DNA of 64,000 nt from an uncultured bacterium (GCA_905214345.1 CAJMLV010000004.1:28168-92167), one strand, 5' to 3'. Positions 50,719-60,416 are shown, counted from the stretch's first letter. Notes: generated from the sequence alone by a model not told the origin. Translations and numbers: made by a program.

Positions 50719-52080
50719 ATGAAAATCGTGATCGTCGGCCTGGGCAAAGTGGGCCGTGCCCTGACCGAGCAGCTGACGGCCGAAGGACATGACATCGTAG
50801 CCATCGACATCAACCCGGACCGCGTGGACAGTATCGAAAATGTTTTTGACGTGCGCGGCGTGGTGGGTAACGGCGGCTGTTACGACGTTCAGATCCAGGC
50901 ATTTGAGACCGGAGCGGATCTTCTGCTGGCCACCACTTCCAGTGACGAGATCAACATTTTGTCCTGCCTGGTCGCAAAAAAAATCGGCACCCGCCATACC
51001 ATTGCCCGCATCCGCAACCCGGAATATGAAAAGCAGCTGCGGTTTATGCGCCAGGAACTGGGGCTTTCCATGGTGGTCAACCCCGAAAAAGCCACCGCAC
51101 GCGAAATCTCCCGGGTGCTGCGTTTTCCCAATGCCATCAAGCTGGAACAGTTCTGCCGCGGCCGCTTTGAGCTGATCGAGTATCGCCTGAATCCCGGGAA
51201 CCCCCTGTGCGGATTGCAGTTGTCTGACCTGTACAGCAATATGCACCTGAAACTGCTGGTCTGTGCGGTGGCCCGTGGCAAGGAGATCGCCATTCCCGAC
51301 GGCAACTTTGTGCTGCAGGAAGGGGATAAGGTCTACCTGACCGCCACGCCTCAGGAACTGGAAAACTTTTTCCGCCGTCTTGGCCTGTTCAAGGGCCGGG
51401 CTTCCCATGTGATGGTGGTGGGGGCCAGCCGCATGGCCTACTATCTGCTCAAGGAAATGCGGGACATGCATATGCACATCACCCTGATCGACAATGACCC
51501 CGCCCGCTGCCGGGACATGAGCGAGCGGCTGCCGGGCGTTCTGGTGATCCAGGGCGATGCCGCCGACAGCGAGCTCCTCAATGAGGAAGGTCTGGCGGAT
51601 ATGGACGCTTTTGTTGCTTTGACCGGCATGGACGAAACCAACATTATCCTTTCCATGTATGCGGCACAGCTGAACTCCTGCAAGGTGGTGGCCAAGATCA
51701 ACCGCAGTTCCTTTGCGGACCTGGCCACGGCCAACGGCATGGTGGACAGCGTGGTTTCCACCGGCGATGTTACCGCCGAAACCATCCTGCAGTATGTGCG
51801 CGGCATGCAGAATTCCTTCGGTTCCAACATCCGTACCCTGCACCGGGCCGTAAGCGGCCGGGTGGAGATGCTGGAGTTCAACGTGGGTCCCGATGTTCCC
51901 TTTGTGGGCGTGACCCTGAAAGACCTGACCCTGAAAAAGGGCATGCTCATCGCGGGCATTGTGCGGGCCAACGGCCAGACCATCATTCCCTCCGGCGCCG
52001 ACTGCCTGCGCCGCGGCGATGACGTGGTGGTGGTGACCACCGGCACGCCCATCACCGATCTGCGGGAAATCGTGGAGTAA
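50719..52080 (+). CDS. trkA: Trk system potassium uptake protein TrkA (two NAD-binding plus RCK-C modules)
   Basis: GxGxxG Rossmann motif (IVGLGKVG), duplicated TrkA-N/TrkA-C domains, 453 aa. Confidence 0.9.
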   Translation: MKIVIVGLGKVGRALTEQLTAEGHDIVAIDINPDRVDSIENVFDVRGVVGNGGCYDVQIQAFETGADLLLATTSSDEINILSCLVAKKIGTRHTIARIRNPEYEKQLRFMRQELGLSMVVNPEKATAREISRVLRFPNAIKLEQFCRGRFELIEYRLNPGNPLCGLQLSDLYSNMHLKLLVCAVARGKEIAIPDGNFVLQEGDKVYLTATPQELENFFRRLGLFKGRASHVMVVGASRMAYYLLKEMRDMHMHITLIDNDPARCRDMSERLPGVLVIQGDAADSELLNEEGLADMDAFVALTGMDETNIILSMYAAQLNSCKVVAKINRSSFADLATANGMVDSVVSTGDVTAETILQYVRGMQNSFGSNIRTLHRAVSGRVEMLEFNVGPDVPFVGVTLKDLTLKKGMLIAGIVRANGQTIIPSGADCLRRGDDVVVVTTGTPITDLREIVE

Positions 52081-52091
52081 GAGGAGATTTC

Positions 52092-53564
52092 ATGAACTAT
52101 CGGATGATCGCATTTGTGCTTGGGCGCATCTTTATGGCCGAAGCCTGTCTTTTGCTGCTGCCTTTGGGCTGCGGGCTGATTTATGGGGAAGATACCCTTT
52201 TGGCCTTTCTCATTCCGATTTTCCTTTTGGCGGCGCTGGGATGCCTGCTGGGCCTCCGCAAGCCCAAGGATACGGTGATCTATGCCAGGGACGGCCTGGT
52301 GGTGGTGGCTCTGGCCTGGGTGTTGATGAGTGCCTTCGGCGCGCTGCCCTTCCTGCTTTCGGGGGACATCCCGGATTACACCGACGCATTTTTTGAGATA
52401 GTTTCCGGCTTTACCACCACCGGTTCCAGCATCCTCACTGACGTGGAGGCCATGAGCCGGTCCTGCCTGTTCTGGCGCAGCCTTTCCCACTGGGTAGGCG
52501 GCATGGGCGTTCTGGTGTTCGTCATGGCGGTGGTGCCTATGACCGATGGCCGCGCCATGCACCTGATGCGAGCCGAAGTGCCCGGCCCCACCGTGGGCAA
52601 ACTGTCCAGCAAGCTGCAGGACACCGCCAAGATTCTCTATCGTATCTACCTGGCCCTCACAGCGCTGGAAGTGATCCTGCTTCTGGCGGGCGGAATGCCG
52701 CTGTATGACTCCCTGATCCATGCTTTCGGCACTGCCGGTACCGGCGGTTTCAGCTGCAAGGCACTGAGCGTGGGGGCTTACAACAGCGTGTACATCGAAA
52801 TGGTCATAGCCGTCTTTATGCTGCTTTTCGGCATCAACTTCAACCTGTATTACTTCGTTCTGCTGCGCCATTTCCGGCAGGCGTTCCTTTCGGAAGAACT
52901 GCTGACCTACCTGGGGGTGGTGGCGGCCTCCACCCTGGCCATCGCCGTCAACCTCAGCCAGATGTGCGGCAGCTTCTTTGAGGCGCTGCGCCTGTCCTTC
53001 TTCCAGGTGACATCCATTGTGACCACCACCGGCTATGCTACGGCGGATTTCAACCTCTGGCCTTCCTTCAGCCGTACCATTCTGGTCATGCTCATGTTCC
53101 TGGGAGCCTGTGCCGGTTCTACCGCCGGCGGTCTGAAGATTTCCCGTGTGATCATCCTCATCAAATCCAGCGCCCGGGAAGTACAGCGGATGCTGCATCC
53201 CCACGCGGTGACCACCATCCGGTTTGAGGGCCGTCCGCTGGATGACCGCACCGTGCGGGGGGCCAGCGTGTATCTGAGCCTGTACCTGGCTCTGTTTGTG
53301 GGCTCCATCTTCCTGCTTTCCTTCAACAGCTTTGATCTGATCACCAGCTTCACCGCCGTGGCTACCTGCATCAACAACGTGGGCCCCGGCCTGGAAGTGA
53401 TCGGCCCCATGGGCTCCTTTGCGGAGTTCTCTCCCTGGAGCAAGTGGCTGCTCAGCTTCGATATGCTGGCCGGCCGTCTGGAATTGTTCCCCATGCTGGC
53501 GCTGCTTGCGCCCTCCACCTGGCGCCGCCGCCGTCGTCATGGCCGCGTGGCCATGCGTTTCTGA
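52092..53564 (+). CDS. trkH: Potassium transporter TrkH/KtrB family
   Basis: Polytopic protein with repeated pore-loop TTTG/GFS motifs (SGFTTTGSS). RBS GAGGAG. Confidence 0.9.
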   Translation: MNYRMIAFVLGRIFMAEACLLLLPLGCGLIYGEDTLLAFLIPIFLLAALGCLLGLRKPKDTVIYARDGLVVVALAWVLMSAFGALPFLLSGDIPDYTDAFFEIVSGFTTTGSSILTDVEAMSRSCLFWRSLSHWVGGMGVLVFVMAVVPMTDGRAMHLMRAEVPGPTVGKLSSKLQDTAKILYRIYLALTALEVILLLAGGMPLYDSLIHAFGTAGTGGFSCKALSVGAYNSVYIEMVIAVFMLLFGINFNLYYFVLLRHFRQAFLSEELLTYLGVVAASTLAIAVNLSQMCGSFFEALRLSFFQVTSIVTTTGYATADFNLWPSFSRTILVMLMFLGACAGSTAGGLKISRVIILIKSSAREVQRMLHPHAVTTIRFEGRPLDDRTVRGASVYLSLYLALFVGSIFLLSFNSFDLITSFTAVATCINNVGPGLEVIGPMGSFAEFSPWSKWLLSFDMLAGRLELFPMLALLAPSTWRRRRRHGRVAMRF

Positions 53565-53577
53565 ATCCTTTTTGCCT

Positions 53578-53617
53578 GTACGGCCCGGGACTTTTGCGGT
53601 CCCGGGCCGTTTTTGTA
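53578..53617 (+). terminator. Rho-independent terminator after trkH
   Basis: CGGCCCGGGAC-ttttgc-GGTCCCGGGCCG followed by TTTTTGT. Confidence 0.85.
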
Positions 53618-53678
53618 TGCTGCCGGGACCGCCTGCATACACATGGGACAGAACCATGGCAAGAAGGGGGACTGACCT

Positions 53679-54467
53679 ATGCGTGTGCGAATCAAAACCG
53701 TTTTTGCCTGCCTGGCGGCACTGCTGTTTTTATGTCTGGCAGTGTTCCGGATTGCGGGGAAGGAGTCTTATGGGCAGGAAACCCGTATCCCTGATGACCG
53801 CATGGCAGTGCAAGCTGCCGCCGCACTGGAAGGCCGGTATGCCTGTCTGACCTTTGATGACGGACCTTCCAAAAATACGGCCGCCATTCTGGAAATCCTG
53901 GCCCGGTATCAGGCTCCTGCCACCTTTTTTGTGACGGCCCAGCCGGCAAACGAACCATACTACGACCAGTTGCCCCTGATTCGGGCGGGGGGACATCAGA
54001 TCGCCCTGCACAGCGCCAGCCACCGCTATTCGGAAATCTATAAGAGCACCACCGATTTCTGGCTGGACATCAAGCAGCTGCGGCAGGTCCTTTCCGCCTA
54101 TGTGGATGTGGAAGACATCCACTGGCTGCGTTTTCCCGGCGGCAGCACCAACACGGTCAGCCATCGTTACGGCGGCAGCGGCATCATGAAGGACCTTATC
54201 GCCCAGGCGGAAGAAAAAGGCTACCACTGGATCGACTGGAACGTCTGCGGGGAGGATGCGACCTCCGCCCACCCGGACGCAGACGCCATCCTGCGCAATG
54301 TGCAGCAGGGGGCCGAAGGGCGGGATGTCTGTGTGGTTCTGCTGCACGATACGGCTGCGACTTCCCAGACGGTAAAGGCACTGCCGGATATCCTGCAGTG
54401 GTTTGCCGATCAGGAGTATCGTTTTTGTACGGTGGAACAGATGTACGCCATGACAGACGGCGGCTGA
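53679..54467 (+). CDS. Polysaccharide deacetylase (CE4/NodB family), membrane-anchored
   Basis: N-terminal TM or signal sequence. TFDDGP and HSxxH motifs. Confidence 0.8.
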   Translation: MRVRIKTVFACLAALLFLCLAVFRIAGKESYGQETRIPDDRMAVQAAAALEGRYACLTFDDGPSKNTAAILEILARYQAPATFFVTAQPANEPYYDQLPLIRAGGHQIALHSASHRYSEIYKSTTDFWLDIKQLRQVLSAYVDVEDIHWLRFPGGSTNTVSHRYGGSGIMKDLIAQAEEKGYHWIDWNVCGEDATSAHPDADAILRNVQQGAEGRDVCVVLLHDTAATSQTVKALPDILQWFADQEYRFCTVEQMYAMTDGG

Positions 54468-54558
54468 AACGCAAAAGGGAATTGCATTGCGACTGAACAC
54501 CATGTATAATAAGAACAAAACCAAAGCGCGCGGCGCTGTGATTCTAGGAAGTTTGCAC

Positions 54559-55095
54559 ATGAAAAATACCCAAAGCGGCCGTATGGCCCTGTGCGGTGTG
54601 CTGGCGGCCCTGACAGTGGCCATTCTGCTGGCAGGCACGGCGCTGGGCATCGGTACCTACGCTGCCCCTATGCTGGCGTCCTTTTTGCTCATTCCCGCCC
54701 TGGTGGAGTACGGACCCCGCACCGCACTGACCCAGTACGCCGCATCGGCGGTGCTGGCCCTGCTTCTGGTACCGGACCCGGAACTTTCACTCTTCTATGT
54801 GCTGGTTCTGGGCCCCTACCCGGCAGTAAAGACAGTGCTGGACCACATCCGCCCCACGGTTCTGCGCTGGGCAACTAAGGTGGCGGTGTTCAACGGGTCT
54901 GCCGCCGTGATGTATGCCCTGCTCTGGCTGGTGTTTCTGCCGGGTATGACAGACCTGATGCCCGGTACCGCCGCAATGGGCGTGGTGCTGGTGCTGCTGT
55001 GCAACCTGGCTTTTGTGATGTGCGACCGCGCTGTGGCTGCACTGACGCTGGTATATCGCCTGCGTATGCGCCGATACTGGAAAAAACGCTTTTGA
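54559..55095 (+). CDS. Small integral membrane protein of unknown function
   Basis: About 4-5 TM helices. Start chosen at the ATG with RBS AGGAAG. The ORF-track TTG start at 54487 lacks an RBS. Confidence 0.45.
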   Translation: MKNTQSGRMALCGVLAALTVAILLAGTALGIGTYAAPMLASFLLIPALVEYGPRTALTQYAASAVLALLLVPDPELSLFYVLVLGPYPAVKTVLDHIRPTVLRWATKVAVFNGSAAVMYALLWLVFLPGMTDLMPGTAAMGVVLVLLCNLAFVMCDRAVAALTLVYRLRMRRYWKKRF

Positions 55096-55130
55096 GCTTG
55101 GCGTGAAAGCTCAGGAAAGGAAGACCGACC

Positions 55131-56438
55131 ATGTGGTATCAAAATGCTGTGATCTATCAGATCTACCCGCTGGGGCTTTGCGGTGCCCCGCTGCAGAATG
55201 ACGGTGTGCCCGAACACCGTCTGCTGCGCGTGCTGGACTGGGTGGACCATATCCGGGAACTGGGGGCTACCTGCGTGCTCTTCAACCCTCTGTTTGAGAG
55301 CGACGCCCACGGTTACGACACCCGGGATTATCAGAAAGTGGATGTCCGCCTGGGTACCAACGAGGACCTGCGCCTTGTCTGCAAGGCTCTGCACGACGCC
55401 GGGCTGAAAGTGATGCTGGACGGCGTGTTCAACCATGTGGGCCGCGGGTTCTGGGCGTTCCGGGATGTGCAGGAAAAACGCTGGGACAGCCCGTATAAGG
55501 ATTGGTTCAACATCCATTTTGACGGCAACACCAACTATAACGACGGCTTCTGGTACGAAAGCTGGGAAGGCTGCAATGAGCTGGTCAAGCTGAATCTGCA
55601 CAACCCTGCCGTGCGGGAGCACATTTTCGATTCCATCTCTTCCTGGGTGCGGGACTATGACATCGACGGTTTGCGCCTGGACGTGGCGTACTGCCTGGAC
55701 CTGGATTTCCTGGGGGCTTTGCGTCAGTACACCTCCTCCCTCAAGGAAGATTTTGTCCTGGTGGGCGAGACCCTCCACGGGGATTACAACCGCTGGATGA
55801 ATGACCACGCCTGCCATTCCGTCACCAACTACGAGTGCTACAAAGGCCTGTATTCCAGCTTCAATACCGGCAACATGCACGAGATCTCTTACAGCCTGAA
55901 CCGGCAGTTCGGTTCTGAGCCCTGGTGTCTGTACACCGGCCGTCAGCTGCTCAGCTTTGTGGACAACCATGATGTCACCCGCGTGGCCAGCATCCTGACC
56001 GACAAGCAGGAACTGCAGCCCCTGTACGGCCTGCTCTTCGGCATGCCCGGTACCCCGGCCGTCTACTACGGCAGCGAGTGGGGTGTTACCGGCGAGAAAA
56101 AGGACGGCGATCCCGTACTGCGCCCGGCTATCGAAAAGCCGGAACACAACGAGCTCACCGACTGGATCACGGCGCTGGCCGGTGCCCGTGCCGCCAGCCC
56201 TGCCCTGTGCCATGGTAGCTACCGCAACATTCTGGTGCAGCCCAAGCAGTTGATTTTTGAGCGCCGCAGCGGCGAGGACCGGGTGCTGGTGGCCATCAAT
56301 GCGGACAGCCAGCCCTACCACGCCGACTTCAACGCCGAGGCAGGATGCGCGGTGGATCTCATCACCGGCAAGCCCCACGACTTCGGCGGCGGCAGCGACC
56401 TGCCGCCCTACTCCTGCGCATTCTGGAAGACCGAATAA
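55131..56438 (+). CDS. GH13 alpha-amylase family glycoside hydrolase (intracellular alpha-glucosidase/oligo-glucosidase type)
   Basis: Catalytic regions GLRLDVA and FVDNHD. No signal peptide. Confidence 0.8.
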   Translation: MWYQNAVIYQIYPLGLCGAPLQNDGVPEHRLLRVLDWVDHIRELGATCVLFNPLFESDAHGYDTRDYQKVDVRLGTNEDLRLVCKALHDAGLKVMLDGVFNHVGRGFWAFRDVQEKRWDSPYKDWFNIHFDGNTNYNDGFWYESWEGCNELVKLNLHNPAVREHIFDSISSWVRDYDIDGLRLDVAYCLDLDFLGALRQYTSSLKEDFVLVGETLHGDYNRWMNDHACHSVTNYECYKGLYSSFNTGNMHEISYSLNRQFGSEPWCLYTGRQLLSFVDNHDVTRVASILTDKQELQPLYGLLFGMPGTPAVYYGSEWGVTGEKKDGDPVLRPAIEKPEHNELTDWITALAGARAASPALCHGSYRNILVQPKQLIFERRSGEDRVLVAINADSQPYHADFNAEAGCAVDLITGKPHDFGGGSDLPPYSCAFWKTE

Positions 56439-56480
56439 TCGGGAAAACGATCCCTGAATCAGAAAGAGGGAATGTTGACC

Positions 56481-57341
56481 ATGTGGCTGCTGTATGCCGC
56501 CGGGTCCGCCTTTTTTGCGGGTGTTACCGCCGTGCTGGCCAAATGCGGCATCCGCCGTACCGACTCCACCGTTGCCACTGCGCTGCGCACCTGTGTGGTG
56601 CTGGTCATGGCCTGGGTGATGGTTCCGGTTTCCGGTCAGTGGGGCGGGCTGCATACCCTCACCGGACAAGCACTGTTGTTTCTGGTGTTGTCCGGCCTGT
56701 GTACCGGAGCTTCCTGGCTGTGCTATTTCAAGGCACTGCAGATCGGGGACATCAATAAGGTGGTGCCGGTGGATAAAACCAGCACCGTGCTGACCATCCT
56801 GCTGGCCTTGATCTTTCTGGGCGAAGGAATCACCCCCGTTAAAACCGCAGCCATGGCCCTGATCATGGCGGGAACCTGGCTGATGATCGAGAAAAAGCAG
56901 CCCCGGGAACGGACTTCCGCAGGGCATGGGTGGTTCTGGTACGCGGCAGGATCTGCGGTGTTTGCCAGTCTTACCTCTATTCTGGGCAAGGTGGGGGTCA
57001 CTGGTATCGGGTGCAATCTGGGCACTGCCATCCGCACCACCGTGGTGCTGATTATGGCCTGGGGCATGGTGTTTGTGACCGGTAAGGAGAAAGAAATCCG
57101 CGCCGTGCCCCGCCGGGAACTGGCGTTTCTGGGATTGTCCGGCCTGGCCACGGGTGCTTCCTGGCTGTGCTACTACCGGGCGCTCCAGGATGGTCCGGCC
57201 AGTGTGGTGGCGCCGGTGGACAAACTCAGCATTCTGGTCACGGTGGCTTTTTCCGCTCTTGTTTTCAAGGAAAAACTCAGCCGCAAAGCTGCCCTCGGCC
57301 TGGCCCTGAATGTGGCCGGTACGTTGCTCATGCTCGTATAA
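56481..57341 (+). CDS. EamA/DMT family transporter
   Basis: Two EamA repeats, 10 TM helices. Start at the second ATG (RBS spacing). The alternative start is 56472. Confidence 0.75.
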   Translation: MWLLYAAGSAFFAGVTAVLAKCGIRRTDSTVATALRTCVVLVMAWVMVPVSGQWGGLHTLTGQALLFLVLSGLCTGASWLCYFKALQIGDINKVVPVDKTSTVLTILLALIFLGEGITPVKTAAMALIMAGTWLMIEKKQPRERTSAGHGWFWYAAGSAVFASLTSILGKVGVTGIGCNLGTAIRTTVVLIMAWGMVFVTGKEKEIRAVPRRELAFLGLSGLATGASWLCYYRALQDGPASVVAPVDKLSILVTVAFSALVFKEKLSRKAALGLALNVAGTLLMLV

Positions 57342-57442
57342 CAAAAGGAATCCGCCGCAGGCTTTTTGCCCGCGACGGATTTTGTCTGCAATATTTCGAC
57401 CCTTCCTGCACATACTGAGGTATGGAAAAGGAGGGGAACCCC

Positions 57443-58684
57443 ATGCCCAAACACCCTGCAAGACGCTGGATGCGCCGTATACTGGGGACATTGATGCTGT
57501 CCGGAGCCCTTTTGGCCGTTGCCGTACTGGGTCTGCGTGCCGCGCTGCCCGATACCTTTTATGTGGAACCCGGCACCTCGCTCACTCTGGCAGCCATGCC
57601 CTTCCTGAAGGCAGGGAGTACACCGCAAGGGGCTGCAGCTGCGGTCAGCGGCACCGCTGATACCGGCAGCGCCAACCGGACTCTGCGCTTGTTCGGTCTG
57701 GTACCGGTCAAGACGGTGCGCACGGTGGAATCCGAGACCCGCACCGTCACCGTGTCCGGAGCGCCCTTTGGGGTCAAGATGTTTGCCGACGGGGCATTGG
57801 TGGTGGCTTTCTCCGATCAGGTCACCGAACTCGGCACCGAAAACCCCGCCAAGGAGGCCGGGCTTCGCCTGGGCGATGTGATCGTGTCGGCAGGCGGGAA
57901 CCCTGTCCACGGCAACGAGGAATTGTCTGCAGCCATCACGGCAGCGCAGGGCGGCGGTGTGGCGATCGTCTATCTTCGGGACGGGGTACAGCACACCTGC
58001 ACCGTCACCCCTGTGCGTGACCGGGACACCGGCGCCTGGCGGGCCGGGGTGTGGGTGCGGGATTCTTCGGCAGGTATCGGGACCCTTACCTTCGTGGATA
58101 CACAGAAAGGCACCTTTGCGGGCCTGGGACACGCAGTCAGTGACAGCGATACCGGTGCCGATTTTCCGCTGCTGTCCGGCGAGATCGTCCCCGTTACCAT
58201 CCTCGGGGTACAAAAGGGAGCCGCAGGTGCACCGGGCGAACTGCGCGGCGAGTTTTCCGGCGAGGCGGCCCTGGGAGTGGTGACCGCCAACGATACCGCC
58301 GGTGTATATGGCCGGCTGAACGGCAGCGCCTCATCGGCATCGGGGCAGCTGATGCCGGTGGCGCGGATGCAGCAGGTAGCGGTGGGGGAGGCCCAGATCC
58401 TGACCACCATCGACGGCACCCAACCAAAGTTGTATGATGTGACCATTGAGCGGGTGAACATGACCGCAAACGATCCCAACCGCAATCTTCTTATCCGTGT
58501 GACCGATCCGGACCTGCTTTCCGCCACCGGCGGCATTGTGCAGGGGATGAGCGGCAGCCCTGTTATCCAGAACGGCTGCCTGGTGGGGGCGGTGACCCAT
58601 GTGCTGGTCAATGATCCCACAAGGGGCTACGGTATCTTTGCGGAAAATATGCTCAAGACGGCGGATGCGCTGGTAACGGATTGA
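57443..58684 (+). CDS. spoIVB: Stage IV sporulation protein B (SpoIVB, S55 peptidase)
   Basis: N-terminal TM anchor, a PDZ domain, and the S55 catalytic motif GMSGSPV. RBS AAGGAGGGG. Confidence 0.85.
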   Translation: MPKHPARRWMRRILGTLMLSGALLAVAVLGLRAALPDTFYVEPGTSLTLAAMPFLKAGSTPQGAAAAVSGTADTGSANRTLRLFGLVPVKTVRTVESETRTVTVSGAPFGVKMFADGALVVAFSDQVTELGTENPAKEAGLRLGDVIVSAGGNPVHGNEELSAAITAAQGGGVAIVYLRDGVQHTCTVTPVRDRDTGAWRAGVWVRDSSAGIGTLTFVDTQKGTFAGLGHAVSDSDTGADFPLLSGEIVPVTILGVQKGAAGAPGELRGEFSGEAALGVVTANDTAGVYGRLNGSASSASGQLMPVARMQQVAVGEAQILTTIDGTQPKLYDVTIERVNMTANDPNRNLLIRVTDPDLLSATGGIVQGMSGSPVIQNGCLVGAVTHVLVNDPTRGYGIFAENMLKTADALVTD

Positions 58685-58757
58685 TTTTCGGGCAGAGGTG
58701 ACAGACCTCTGCCTGTTTTGCTATACTGGAGCAAAATGCCGGGAAAGGATGATGGAA

Positions 58758-59180
58758 ATGAATGTGGTCTGTCATTGGCAGCCGAATATGCCATACAGCC
58801 TGCACGACATGCGGGTGAACCGTATCGAACGGGTTGGGGGACACCTCCGCTTCTGTTTTGAATACGGATATATAGAGCTGAAAGGAGAGAATCGTCAGGT
58901 CGATGGCGATGTTCTGATTGAAGATGTAAACATGAATTTTTCCGACGTCTATCTCCTCAGTGAGAACGGTGCGTACGGGAAATTCCGCGGAGAACGCATG
59001 GAACTGGAAGCGTTTCTCGACCGATACCGGGACATCTCTTTTGAGATTCTGGATGAAGCATACGGCTATAACACGGTGTCTTACCGGGGTTACCTGTCGC
59101 TGCCGGGCAAAGAAAATCTGGTGGAAGCGATGATTTCTCTTTATTATACCGGCCATATCGTGTACGAGGTCAAGGAATAA
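58758..59180 (+). CDS. Hypothetical protein in a lower-GC patch between spoIVB and spo0A
   Basis: About 140 aa with no recognised family. Own promoter-like GTGACA, 18-nt spacer, TATACT at 58699-58728. Start uncertain among three clustered ATGs (58749, 58752, 58758). Confidence 0.45.
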   Translation: MNVVCHWQPNMPYSLHDMRVNRIERVGGHLRFCFEYGYIELKGENRQVDGDVLIEDVNMNFSDVYLLSENGAYGKFRGERMELEAFLDRYRDISFEILDEAYGYNTVSYRGYLSLPGKENLVEAMISLYYTGHIVYEVKE

Positions 59181-59307
59181 GAGCGGGCAGAGGACAACAG
59201 GACCACTGTTGGAAATATTCCCAATGACTTTCCAGCGGTATGCCGGGCAAAAGGCGCGGAACAGTCAGCGCGCCGCGGGAAAACAAGGGACGAAAAATAA
59301 AATACGG

Positions 59308-59324
59308 TGTCGAGTTTTGTCGGA
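59308..59324. promoter_or_regulatory. Tandem 0A-box-like motifs
   Basis: TGTCGAG-ttt-TGTCGGA, compared with the 0A box consensus TGTCGAA. Located upstream of spo0A. Confidence 0.45.
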
Positions 59325-59363
59325 AAAAGGAAGAAAAGGGAGAAAGTGCGCGAAAACTTCCTG

Positions 59364-59405
59364 TTGCCAGAACTGGTAAAATATGGTAATATTTCCATTG
59401 TCGAG
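59364..59405 (+). promoter_or_regulatory. spo0A vegetative-type promoter with a downstream 0A box
   Basis: TTGCCA, 17-nt spacer, TAATAT, followed by TGTCGAG at 59399-59405. Confidence 0.5.
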
Positions 59406-59458
59406 AGAAACTGATGCGGCTGGGCGGCTGGCCGCCGATCAATGAGGAGTGTATCACA

Positions 59459-60217
59459 ATGGATAAAATCAAGTTTTTGATGACCGATACCGGCGCGCAG
59501 ACCACGGCGCTGTGCCGCCAGGCGCTGGAAGATAAGGGCGTTTCGGTGACCGTGTGCGAGAAAAATGGCAGCAAAGCTCTGAAAGCACTGCTGGACAACC
59601 ATCCCCAGGCGGTGCTGTTGGATGCGTTCATGCCCGATCTGGACGCCATCACAGTGAAACAGCGCTACGAAGCCCAGGATACCACCGGTGCCCGCACTAC
59701 CTTCTTTGTGACCGGAGCCTTTCAGAGCGAGGAGATGGAGCAGGAACTGCTGGACAATGGATTCTCTTTCTTTTTCGTGAAACCCTTCGACGAAACAGTG
59801 CTGGTCAGCCGTGTGCTGAAAGCGGCGGGCGGTCCTGCCCGACCCCAGGCTTTCTCCCAGGACAGTGACGAGCTGACCGTTACCGAAATCCTGCATCAGG
59901 TGGGGGTTCCCGCCCACATCAAGGGTTACCAGTTCCTGCGGGATGCCATTCTGCTGGCGGTGGAAGACCACGAATACATCAATGCCGTGACCAAACGGCT
60001 GTATCCCGAAATCGCCAAGCGCAACGGCACCACGGCCTCCCGGGTGGAGCGCGCCATCCGCCATGCCATCGAGGTGGCATGGGACCGGGGAGATGTGGAT
60101 ACCCTCAACGGCTATTTCGGCTATACCATCCACAGCCTGCGGGGCAAGCCTACCAACTCCGAATTTATTGCCATGATTGCGGATAAAATCCGCCTGGATA
60201 AACGCCGCCGCGCCTGA
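59459..60217 (+). CDS. spo0A: Sporulation master regulator Spo0A
   Basis: C-terminal Spo0A signature (VPAHIKGY...TTASRVERAIRHAIE...TNSEFIAMIADKIRL). Receiver domain retains the phospho-acceptor Asp (VLLD) but has TD in place of the N-terminal DD pair. Confidence 0.9.
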   Translation: MDKIKFLMTDTGAQTTALCRQALEDKGVSVTVCEKNGSKALKALLDNHPQAVLLDAFMPDLDAITVKQRYEAQDTTGARTTFFVTGAFQSEEMEQELLDNGFSFFFVKPFDETVLVSRVLKAAGGPARPQAFSQDSDELTVTEILHQVGVPAHIKGYQFLRDAILLAVEDHEYINAVTKRLYPEIAKRNGTTASRVERAIRHAIEVAWDRGDVDTLNGYFGYTIHSLRGKPTNSEFIAMIADKIRLDKRRRA

Positions 60218-60244
60218 TTTGTCAAAAGTATGCATGTCTTCGTA

Positions 60245-60278
60245 TACCTCCCGCTTTCTGTGGGAGGCTTTTTGTTTG
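60245..60278 (+). terminator. Terminator after spo0A
   Basis: CCTCCC-gctttctgt-GGGAGG followed by CTTTTTGTTTG. The stem is short. Confidence 0.5.
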
Positions 60279-60416
60279 CATTTATTTCAAAAATTTTTCA
60301 ATCCGCCCCAAAGCGGTAGATTTTTCCGATTGATATCTGTATAATAAAACCATGGTCAAACTGGGGATTATGTACACTTTGCCCCGATATTTTTAATAAG
60401 GAAGGGGGCGCCGTTC

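Noticed and set aside
54816-57491. 891-aa minus-strand ORF
   Set aside because: Antisense to the GH13, EamA and spoIVB genes, which have clear family signatures. The same judgement applies to 19743..21929, 8888..10192, 27097..28713, 41735..43747, 43222..45174 and 51441..53657.
57173-58213. 346-aa minus-strand ORF
   Set aside because: Antisense to the 3' end of the EamA gene and to spoIVB. Its composition is typical of a GC shadow frame.
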